Assembly (NCBI GenBank): GCA_964639375.1
Contig: CAZXCX010000001.1
Coordinates: 1-30,837 of the forward strand
DNA from: an uncultured Candidatus Bathyarchaeia archaeon
GTDB lineage: Archaea > Thermoproteota > Bathyarchaeia > Bathyarchaeales > Bathycorpusculaceae
DNA: 30,837 nucleotides
Reading direction: 5' to 3'
Every line of letters begins with the position of its first letter. Positions within the stretch are counted from its first letter, which is position 1. Both the position numbers and the translations under genes were made by a program. This document shows, piece after piece, positions 1 to 7,293 of this stretch. The notes under the pieces are model-generated. The model saw only the letters and a list, made by a program, of their open reading frames with translations, was not told the origin of the DNA and did no database searches.

Positions 1-5
1 TAATC

Positions 6-335
6 ATGGGAATAGGCATACTCCTAATCATCTTCGGCTGGAGACAAATCCACAAAGGCAAAAGCCAAGGCAAACTCGTAAAAACAGGCATCTACAAGTA
101 CGTCCGCCACCCGCAGTACCTAGGATTCCTGCTAATCACCCTCGGACTCAACGTCCAGTGGCTAACAATAATCACGCTTATACTGTGGCCCGTGCTGGCA
201 GTGCTGTACTGGCGCCTCGCCAAAGAAGAAGACAAGGATATGGAGGAGCAGTTCGGCGAAGAATTCCGAGAATACAAACGTCAGGTTCCAGGCTTCATAC
301 CGCGCCTACGAACAAAAACCCCAGTTTCCCAGTAG
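6..335 (+). CDS. Isoprenylcysteine carboxyl methyltransferase (ICMT/PEMT)-family membrane methyltransferase, probably 5'-truncated by the window edge
   Basis: Contains the LVKTGIYKYVRHPQYLG motif (G.Y..VRHP.Y), hydrophobic helices and the C-terminal EE..M..QFGEEF.EYK..VP.FIP signature. No upstream in-frame stop lies within the window. Confidence 0.85.
   Translation: MGIGILLIIFGWRQIHKGKSQGKLVKTGIYKYVRHPQYLGFLLITLGLNVQWLTIITLILWPVLAVLYWRLAKEEDKDMEEQFGEEFREYKRQVPGFIPRLRTKTPVSQ
201..312 (+). repeat. 112-bp direct repeat, copy 1 (3' part of the methyltransferase gene)
   Basis: gtgctgtactgg...cgcctacgaa is identical base for base to 4780-4891. Confidence 0.97.
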
Positions 336-397
336 AAATCAAAGTTTTTGCTTGCCATTCTGGGAAAACCTTTACGTGCAAGACCGTTTTCGCTTGA

Positions 398-547
398 GTC
401 AAAATCAACGTAAACAAGCAGTTAAGTTATGCAACAAAGGAAGAATTCGTTGAAGACACAATACGGGACATGCTTCAAAACCTTTCTGGCAAACGTAAAA
501 AAGAAAGTACTTCAAAAGGGGGGATTAAAAGCAAGAAAACGAAATAA
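398..547 (+). pseudogene. Possible start-less remnant of a ribbon-helix-helix (CopG-like) regulator
   Basis: Open frame reads VKINVNKQLSYATKEEFVEDTIRDMLQNLS...KTK*, which resembles the 'LGY.tkeEFi.daIR' helix of archaeal RHH proteins. It has no start codon and follows a TGA at 395-397. Confidence 0.25.
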
Positions 548-580
548 CCGGTCTCTAACAAATTTGCTTTTTGGAGAACG

Positions 581-952
581 CTATTGCATTTTACTGTTTT
601 TCAAGTTAAGTAAATCTTGCAAGCAATTGCCATTTTCTTTGGTGTTTTCCATGAGGCGCTTTAGGCTTCTGCGGAGTTGCTTAAGGTCAACCGAGTCCTC
701 CAGAATTTTCAGGATTTTAAGCAAAACCAATGTTCTTTCATTTTTAAAATTCAAACGGACAATACGCTTACGACCAACGTATCGTTGAGTAACCATCCCT
801 TCACGTTCCAAAATACGCAAGTTACGGTCAACCTCGTTATACGTGCTGTTAACGATTCGCACCAGCTTCATTATGGTGATTTCTTTTTTCTCTGATAATG
901 CTTTCAAAATCTTTCGGCGACAAGATGACGCTAATATCTTGTTTTGTTTCAT
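581..952 (-). CDS. Winged helix-turn-helix (ArsR-like) transcriptional regulator
   Basis: LASSCRRKILKAL...TIMKLVRIVNSTYNEVDRNLRILEREGMV gives an HTH followed by a wing. Paralog of 1222-1530. Confidence 0.8.
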   Translation of the reverse strand: MKQNKILASSCRRKILKALSEKKEITIMKLVRIVNSTYNEVDRNLRILEREGMVTQRYVGRKRIVRLNFKNERTLVLLKILKILEDSVDLKQLRRSLKRLMENTKENGNCLQDLLNLKNSKMQ

Positions 953-1190
953 TGTAGTTGTGTGCTCCCTAAATGGATAATTTTAGTTCTCAAAATAGAG
1001 CTAACAAGGGAAGAGCTGGTAAATAGGACCATATTCAAAGAGAACTGGTAGTACTATCATTATCCTCGCCAGTTTCTTTGGGAAGACACCAGAGAATTCT
1101 CTCTTATAAACAGTTGCATTAAAATGTTCAACACAAAGGCAAAACAGAAGAATCAATGCAAGCGTATCCTTTACTTGAATCTTTTGTTAA

Positions 1191-1210
1191 CGTCGAATGC
1201 TTTTTCGACG
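1191..1210. promoter_or_regulatory. 7-bp inverted repeat (cgtcgaa-N6-ttcgacg), possible operator or terminator between the two wHTH genes
   Basis: Perfect arms at 1191-1197 and 1204-1210, lying just past the stop codon of 1222-1530. Confidence 0.3.
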
Positions 1211-1221
1211 ATTCTGTAATG

Positions 1222-1530
1222 TTAGGATCTAGTTTTACCGAGCTGAGGCGGTCTGTTTTTGCTGGTTTGTCTTTCTTCAGGAGTTTCGAGTATTTTTAGT
1301 GCTTGAAGCAGACGCGCCGTTCTTGGGTTTTCCTTGTTTAGTTTGATTACTCGCATACGTCCGAAATGCTCGTCAAAAATGATTCCTTCCTTTTGCAGGT
1401 TTGAGTTAACTTGGTTGTAGGTGCTGTTGACTTTCCGCACAAGCTCCATAACTTTTGTTCGCTTGCTACTTGAGAGAACCCGCAGGATCTTTCGCCTGCA
1501 AGAAGAAGCAATCAAAGTCTCCAAATCCAT
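1222..1530 (-). CDS. Winged helix-turn-helix (ArsR-like) transcriptional regulator, paralog 2
   Basis: IASSCRRKILRVL...VMELVRKVNSTYNQVNSNLQKEGII aligns with 581-952 apart from a 3-residue gap. Confidence 0.78.
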   Translation of the reverse strand: MDLETLIASSCRRKILRVLSSSKRTKVMELVRKVNSTYNQVNSNLQKEGIIFDEHFGRMRVIKLNKENPRTARLLQALKILETPEERQTSKNRPPQLGKTRS

Positions 1531-1719
1531 AACAAAACCGCGCTGACATAGTTCACGCCCACTTATAATAACTGAGAAGAAACGACTACTCTCAGCAGTA
1601 GAGAGGCTGATTAAAGTGAAGCTCCTGTGCCGATCACTTTCACTTACCTCTCTATTTCCGAAACTTTTCGTCTTCCTCTTATACTGAAGCCGTTGAGGTA
1701 TACCCGTGAAGCGCTTTTC

Positions 1720-1803
1720 TCCTCTCAGCTAATGAGGAATGGGCTTCATGCCTGGAGCTGACTGCTTCGGAGGCATGTCACCGCCTAGCCCTAAGGGAAG
1801 GGC
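1720..1803 (+). promoter_or_regulatory. Predicted structured 5' leader with three hairpins upstream of the 1854 gene
   Basis: Stems by eye: tcctc/gagga (1720-1738); catgcct/aggcatg with an inner ggagc/gcttc stem (1747-1777); gccct/agggc (1788-1803). A TATA-like ttatac lies near 1679. Confidence 0.3.
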
Positions 1804-1853
1804 AGAAAGAGAACAGAAAAAAGAAAAATACGCAAAAACTGAGGAAAAACAAA

Positions 1854-2462
1854 ATGGAAAAAACAAAAAAAATGGCTGCAGTTGCTTTCATTGCAGTACT
1901 AGCAACACTGACGTTTTCTACAGGACTGCCTACGGCAATAGCATATCCATATGAACATCATGACGGGATATGTCCACCCTGGAAGGGGATGGGTTATTTT
2001 TGTATGTGCTGCCATAGTAGTTGGAACCCAGGAACCTATATGGATTGTTGGACATCAACAGGCGTGTGGGTAGACTATAACGAAACAGAACCTACACCTC
2101 CAGAGAATGTGACTGTTGGGTACATTCGTGCAGGGTGGATACATCAGTCTGCAACCGGTGGATATTACCCTCAAGCCGGTTCACTGTATTGCGATTTTTG
2201 CATTAACGGGGCCTATCACCAGTATGTCTATGACTGGGATACTCCACAGTGGATGTATTATGAACCGTTTTGGGGCTATATGAACTTTTACGGAGATGGT
2301 GCGGAATGGTATAATAGCACTGACTTTAACCCTGATGTGGCTTCAGTTGAAGGTTCAACCGCCCAAGTTTTCTATGACCCATACAATCCCACTCATTACG
2401 TCGTCATCCAATCGTACACTACCCCATGGAGCTTTTTGACCGCGTGGTATCATTCGGATTGA
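1854..2462 (+). CDS. Secreted Tyr/Trp/Cys-rich hypothetical protein with a CxxCH motif
   Basis: Signal peptide (MEKTKKMAAVAFIAVLATLTFS...AIA), CMCCH at 2001-2015, YCDFC further on, and a gagg RBS-like element upstream. Confidence 0.75.
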   Translation: MEKTKKMAAVAFIAVLATLTFSTGLPTAIAYPYEHHDGICPPWKGMGYFCMCCHSSWNPGTYMDCWTSTGVWVDYNETEPTPPENVTVGYIRAGWIHQSATGGYYPQAGSLYCDFCINGAYHQYVYDWDTPQWMYYEPFWGYMNFYGDGAEWYNSTDFNPDVASVEGSTAQVFYDPYNPTHYVVIQSYTTPWSFLTAWYHSD

Positions 2463-2469
2463 GAAGGCA

Positions 2470-3315
2470 TTGACTATGACCAAAAACGCAAAATATAATT
2501 GGCATCAAAAACTTGCAGTCAACAAAACAATGAAACGCTATCTGACAGTACTCGGCATCATTCTTATTGCAACCGCACTCATTGTTTCCTTTTCTCTGGC
2601 ATTAGCTACATCTTCGCAACCTACAAACGTGGCAGGCTCTGAAACACAGTTTAAATTTGACGTACCCTATGCCTACGTGGGAAAGTGCACAAATTATACT
2701 TCGTACACCGATTCCAATGGCTATCTAATGTCTCGTGTTAGTCAGTATCCTTCCGCAGTCGTGTTTAACATTACACGTCTCCCAGGCGTTAAAATTGCAT
2801 CTTGTGATACTGTCATAGAGGTCTACGGCGTCCACATAGCCACAGATACGGGAATAGCCGAACACCACGCTTACATTGTAGGAACGAATTACAGCTCGTC
2901 CTTCTCCCCAAGCTCCGAACTATCCTCTTTCCTCGCACATGTCGACGATCTCATTGACAAAACAGTCTATAGTGACACTAAAGGTGACTTATACTTTAAC
3001 TGGACAGACAATACATCTATCTTGACTCACACAGTTGGTTCCGTATGTTGCTATTCAAGCCTCAACAGCACGCTTGGGTTGTGGAGCGCTGGGAAACCAA
3101 ACGCGATTGTCGTTACTGTCGACAGAATTGGCTACATAACGATGACTAATGGTTCGGTTTCGGTCTATAAGGACGCAGCAACCAACAATACAGCAACTAT
3201 GGTCCAGCTTGATAACTATGAAGATGGCTTTCTACATAATACCCTAGTACCTGCAGCCAAACTGCCACAAACAACCTTATTCGACCCAACTGCCACAATC
3301 AAACTTGTTCCCTAG
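2470..3315 (+). CDS. Membrane-anchored or secreted hypothetical protein (start may be the ATG at 2476 or 2530)
   Basis: N-terminal hydrophobic segment YLTVLGIILIATALIVSFSLALA, Thr/Ser/Asn-rich body with several N-x-S/T sequons, 7 nt downstream of the 1854 gene. Confidence 0.75.
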   Translation: MTMTKNAKYNWHQKLAVNKTMKRYLTVLGIILIATALIVSFSLALATSSQPTNVAGSETQFKFDVPYAYVGKCTNYTSYTDSNGYLMSRVSQYPSAVVFNITRLPGVKIASCDTVIEVYGVHIATDTGIAEHHAYIVGTNYSSSFSPSSELSSFLAHVDDLIDKTVYSDTKGDLYFNWTDNTSILTHTVGSVCCYSSLNSTLGLWSAGKPNAIVVTVDRIGYITMTNGSVSVYKDAATNNTATMVQLDNYEDGFLHNTLVPAAKLPQTTLFDPTATIKLVP

Positions 3316-3487
3316 CCACTAGATCACCACTTAGCTCAATTCATTCCCCATTTTTTTGAACAAAAACAACAAATTTAATGGGAGTCAATCAACCTATGAA
3401 TCGCAGAAAACGAAGTCTGATATGATATCCGATGGTCACTTAAGTTGCAGTCCTGGCACATGCGCACAACACTAGCGAGGAGACCTA

Positions 3488-3518
3488 TCAAAGTTTTCTA
3501 TTGTTAAGAAAACTTTGA
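3488..3518. terminator. 12-bp perfect inverted repeat between convergent genes
   Basis: tcaaagttttct-attgtta-agaaaactttga. Confidence 0.45.
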
Positions 3519-3631
3519 CCCAGTTTAGTTAACAAATCTTAACGAAAAACTTCAAAAAGCCCGAAAAGACATGCAACACTCACAAATAATAGGCGTACCA
3601 ATATTGTAACAAGGCTTTTGGCGTATTTAAT

Positions 3632-4492
3632 CTAGTTTTGCTCTTTGCTTTGCTTGTGTTTTCTTCGGAAAACTAATGCACCTATGCCGGCAATGACTGA
3701 CATGACTGCAATCACGGAGGTAGCAACCAAGGGCGCAGAAGGTTCTGGAGCGTTAACATTAAAAAAGAGAGTGCCTGACGCGCCAGTATTACCAAACTCG
3801 TCCGTCGCGTAAACGGTAACATTATGCTGGCCATTGGATAAGCCCGTCAAGGTCGTGTTTCCACTGATGGGTACGGACTCTTGGCCATCTAGGCAGTAGG
3901 CCATTTCTGTTACTGGGTGGTCAACTGTGAAGTTCAAGGGAAAAATCGAAGTTTCGAATGTGGCGTTCTGAAGCGATGTGACAGTAATGATGGGATTTGT
4001 GGACACTGAGAATTTTACCGATACTGTTTTTTTTAACCTAAAAGAATATTCAGTTCCATTTTTCCAGTACCCGCCCTGTCCATTTGCTGTAATGTTTAAA
4101 GTGTGCTCGCCAAATGGTATGCCATTGATGCTAAAGTTATATTGCAAGAAAGGGAAAGAATATTGGCCTCGGGAAATATCCACACCAGGGGGAAAAGGAC
4201 ACCATTGACTGTCTTGCATCCAATCTCCCTGATAAGTGCTGATTATGTGAAGACTCTTAGAAATTGAAGCGGGACCGTCGATTGTGTCATTAAAGATTAC
4301 GTTAATTGTTCCATTGGGGTACAGTGCGTTCTCACTTGGCGATGCAATTCTAATGGTAATATAAACGCTCTCTGGTGCAGGTACCATCTCGGGCGGAGTA
4401 AAAACAATAGGATTAGCCTTGACGGACAAAAACGGGGCTACACTTGACCCGACCAAGGCAAGAATCAACAGCAGCACCGCTGACTTGCGCAT
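3632..4492 (-). CDS. Cell-surface protein with Ig-like domains and a C-terminal membrane anchor
   Basis: Signal peptide; Ig-fold motifs (YCLDGQE...GNTTLTGLSNGQHNVTVYATDEFGNTG); C-terminal APEP, TM helix and RRKHK tail. Confidence 0.85.
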   Translation of the reverse strand: MRKSAVLLLILALVGSSVAPFLSVKANPIVFTPPEMVPAPESVYITIRIASPSENALYPNGTINVIFNDTIDGPASISKSLHIISTYQGDWMQDSQWCPFPPGVDISRGQYSFPFLQYNFSINGIPFGEHTLNITANGQGGYWKNGTEYSFRLKKTVSVKFSVSTNPIITVTSLQNATFETSIFPLNFTVDHPVTEMAYCLDGQESVPISGNTTLTGLSNGQHNVTVYATDEFGNTGASGTLFFNVNAPEPSAPLVATSVIAVMSVIAGIGALVFRRKHKQSKEQN

Positions 4493-4650
4493 TCTAACAT
4501 CACATTACAATAAGCTGCTTGGCAAAATTAAAGGTTTTGGCAAAACTTGGTGTGCCTAGAACTTACTGAAAAAGTTCATAATTACATTTGTTGCTTTTTT
4601 GGTGCCTTTGCTTATAAAACTGCCTACGGTTCCGAACACAAAAGGAAGCA

Positions 4651-4691
4651 GGCCCTGTGGGGCTTGAACTCTTACTTTAAGACCACTGGTT
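4651..4691 (-). pseudogene. Degenerate tRNA 3'-half-like sequence
   Basis: The minus strand reads aaccagtggtc...gttcaagccccacagggcc, resembling anticodon-stem 3' side and variable loop, T-loop, and acceptor 3' strand. The T-stem 5' arm is disrupted and no 5' half is recognisable. Confidence 0.3.
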
Positions 4692-4779
4692 TTAATCCGT
4701 CTGGGCAACACCCTACTGCACGCTAGGGAATTGAAAGGAAGAAGAGCTACATCTAGAAAGCCTCAAAACCTTGATCCCG

Positions 4780-4891
4780 GTGCTGTACTGGCGCCTCGCC
4801 AAAGAAGAAGACAAGGATATGGAGGAGCAGTTCGGCGAAGAATTCCGAGAATACAAACGTCAGGTTCCAGGCTTCATACCGCGCCTACGAA
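4780..4891 (+). repeat. 112-bp direct repeat, copy 2
   Basis: Identical to 201-312. Confidence 0.97.
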
Positions 4892-4923
4892 TAAAAAAAT
4901 TGGAAAAATCAAATCAGGTCTAG
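4780..4923 (+). pseudogene. Orphan 3' fragment of the ICMT-family gene with an alternative C-terminus
   Basis: The frame reads VLYWRLAKEEDKD...PRLRIKKLEKSNQV* (TAG at 4921-4923). An upstream in-frame stop lies at 4732-4734 and there is no ATG. Confidence 0.75.
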
Positions 4924-5227
4924 AATGTCTCAGCGTTGTACTTTCAATAGGTAACTTGATTATGGGAATTTTATAGATGCCCTATGAGACTCTGTGTTTT
5001 TGGGTTTTGGGGCTAAAATTAGCCTCTGCTCTATATCATAGATTCTTCATCAATTACTGAACGGGGATTTCCTCAGTTGAAGGTTGGATGCAACAGCATT
5101 GACAATCTATTTTGGCAAATTAAACCCAGCTAAAAAGTTCATCGAAAAATTTCAAAACTGTCATGATGCAACAGTTAAGAGAATATATTTATGTTTCCAA
5201 TGGCATAATATGCATTGTTGAGAGTAC

Positions 5228-6409
5228 ATGAAGTTAGCATGGGTGCTATTTTTCATCGCATTGTTGGTTTCTGTTGCCTTTTTACCCGTAGTTTATGTTT
5301 ATTACGAGACTAAAAATGATGTTTCTAACGAAAAGTTCTTTTTCGGCGTTACATACGGCTCAAACACAACCAGCGAAGCAAAACTTCTGATAGACAAAGT
5401 GAAAGAGTACACGAATCTTTTCATTGTAGATTCTTGGGATATAAGCACAAACGAAACCGCCCTCAACGAAATCTGCAATTACGCCGTAGATGCCAGAATG
5501 AGCGTAATAGTATATTTTGATTATGTATTTTACGATGCTGAACCATGGCTATGGCTTCGTACATGGCTGGACACGGCAAAAGAAAGATGGGGAGACCAAT
5601 TTCTCGGCATTTACCTCTACGACGAGCCTGGTGGAAATCAAATTGACACGGGGCAATGGCGCAGCGGGGAGTGGGCTAGAGAGGCTATGGAAAATGCTTC
5701 AGACTACAGCGATGCAGCAAATAGATTTGTAACAGATATTCCTTCTACTTTGAGCTGGCGAAATGTAAAGAGCACTAGCCTCCCACTTTTCACTTCTGAT
5801 TATGCGCTTTACTGGTTTGACTACTTGGCGGGGTACGACACGGTTTTCGTGGAGCTAGGATGGAACATCAGCACGACACAGCAGATAGCCCTATGCCGCG
5901 GCGCAGCAAACGTTCAAGGAAAAGATTGGGGCGCGATTATCACGTGGACCTATTACGAGCCGCCCTACATAGCAAGAGGGCCAGAAATATACCAAGAGAT
6001 GCTCACAGCCTACCGTGCAGGAGCAAAATACGTCGTCGTGTTCAATTACCCCAAGCATCCTGAGAACAACATGTATGGCATTTTGGCGGAGGAGCATTTC
6101 ACGGCGATGAGGCTGTTCTGGGATTACGTTCAGGCTTTCCCCAGAGACACCTATGGAAAAGTAGATGGGCAGGCGGCTCTTGTTCTGCCGAAAGACTACG
6201 GATGGGGCACACGACGAACAGCACATCTAATAGAGGACAACATTTGGGGTTTTTGGGTAGAGGACGAAAAAACGCCGATAATCGGGGAGAACATGCTCAA
6301 ACTGATGGGCAGGTACGGTCTAAAACTAGACATTATTTACGATGACCCACGATTTAATTTCGAGGAAAAGTATTCACAAATTTATTTTTGGAATAGCACG
6401 ATTGATTAG
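5228..6409 (+). CDS. Membrane-anchored extracellular protein, putative glycoside-hydrolase-like TIM barrel (paralog of 29171-30427)
   Basis: N-terminal TM helix; conserved GIYLYDEPGG, FTSDYALYWFDY.AGYD..F.ELGWN and AYRAGAKYV..FNYP blocks shared with 29171-30427. Confidence 0.8.
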   Translation: MKLAWVLFFIALLVSVAFLPVVYVYYETKNDVSNEKFFFGVTYGSNTTSEAKLLIDKVKEYTNLFIVDSWDISTNETALNEICNYAVDARMSVIVYFDYVFYDAEPWLWLRTWLDTAKERWGDQFLGIYLYDEPGGNQIDTGQWRSGEWAREAMENASDYSDAANRFVTDIPSTLSWRNVKSTSLPLFTSDYALYWFDYLAGYDTVFVELGWNISTTQQIALCRGAANVQGKDWGAIITWTYYEPPYIARGPEIYQEMLTAYRAGAKYVVVFNYPKHPENNMYGILAEEHFTAMRLFWDYVQAFPRDTYGKVDGQAALVLPKDYGWGTRRTAHLIEDNIWGFWVEDEKTPIIGENMLKLMGRYGLKLDIIYDDPRFNFEEKYSQIYFWNSTID

Positions 6410-6416
6410 AATTTGC

Positions 6417-7163
6417 TTAAGGCTTTGTGGATTTTTTGGGTTTTAGAACAGCTTCTTCGAAATCCATGTAGAGGAAATTTCCAACACGGTTCGGTGACCC
6501 CCCAAAATCTAGCTCTTCATTTTTCTTACTGAACCTGATGATTTCGATGGCTTGCTTAAACAGCGGTGCGTCAAGCACAGTAGTGTGAAACTCTCCAGGT
6601 TCTCCTGTAGCATCTATTCCTTTTCCCCACGGGCCAACTAATGGCTTCATGTCCTGAACACAGATCCTGTCAAACTCGCGACCTAACCATTCTTGACCAA
6701 GATGATTCAAATCTATACAGCTAATGATAGGCTTCATGCCTAATGAGAGTTCAATGCCCAATACACGTTTTCGGTAGCGGTCTCCTGGAAGGAGAGAGAA
6801 GAAAGGCCGATCCCATAAAGGCATTATCAATTTAATGCCCAACTTTTTGCAAGCATAATCCCACGTGCGCTTGTGATGAACGTTGTCGATGTCACCGGTC
6901 ACGATGCCCTCAATGCCCTCTTCTTTCTTCAGACGAGTAAGCTCACCAACGATGGCGTCGAAGCGGTTGCCTTCGACTTTGACTTTGAGGTGTGGAATTC
7001 CTAACGCCTTAGACTGCAGCTCAGCCACGCGTATGCTGTGGAAAATGTAGGGTTCCATGTAAACGTAGGTGACGAGGCGTGCAACCTCATGACCCTGCTC
7101 GATTATCTTATGAAGTGCTGTGCAGCAGTCTTTGCCTCCGCTCCAGTGAACGATAACTCTCAT
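6417..7163 (-). CDS. Dph6/DUF71 (MJ0570-like) PP-loop ATPase, paralog 1
   Basis: HWSGGKDC PP-loop, EGIVTGDI, PLW, and the GEPGEFHTTVLDAPLF motif. Confidence 0.85.
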   Translation of the reverse strand: MRVIVHWSGGKDCCTALHKIIEQGHEVARLVTYVYMEPYIFHSIRVAELQSKALGIPHLKVKVEGNRFDAIVGELTRLKKEEGIEGIVTGDIDNVHHKRTWDYACKKLGIKLIMPLWDRPFFSLLPGDRYRKRVLGIELSLGMKPIISCIDLNHLGQEWLGREFDRICVQDMKPLVGPWGKGIDATGEPGEFHTTVLDAPLFKQAIEIIRFSKKNEELDFGGSPNRVGNFLYMDFEEAVLKPKKSTKP

Positions 7164-7293
7164 CTAACCGCACCTATCAACCGAGATGGTTAGACCGCAG
7201 AACGATTATTAACCTTTATGTTACACAAAACCAGGTTAGTTTTGCTCTGACTTAAGTAGCAGATTATTTTCAGACAGAACCATCTGGCTCGGT

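Noticed and set aside
158-397. ORF-track 79-aa ORF, and the matching 4731-4976 ORF
   Set aside because: Both are off-frame shadows of the methyltransferase coding sequence within the direct repeat.
429-895. Plus-strand ORFs 429-788 and 677-895
   Set aside because: Antisense to the wHTH gene and lacking protein-like features.
1700-1850. Cobalamin or TPP riboswitch
   Set aside because: Only a gggaagg fragment matches; the B12-box and other core elements, and the TPP ctgaga motif, are absent.
1739-1954. 71-aa ORF with CSCFHC
   Set aside because: Overlaps the better-supported 1854 gene out of frame and is mostly translation of the A/G-rich leader.
1854-3315. Selenocysteine readthrough of the TGA at 2460-2462 fusing the two genes
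   Set aside because: The next ORF is in a different frame and has its own N-terminal hydrophobic segment; no SECIS-like element was evident.
4640-4730. Intact tRNA gene
   Set aside because: No D-arm or 5' acceptor strand pairs with the 3' block, and the T-stem is broken. Kept only as a remnant.
201-4891. Repeat pair as a diversity-generating retroelement TR/VR
   Set aside because: The copies are identical with no adenine-specific mismatches, and no reverse transcriptase gene is present.
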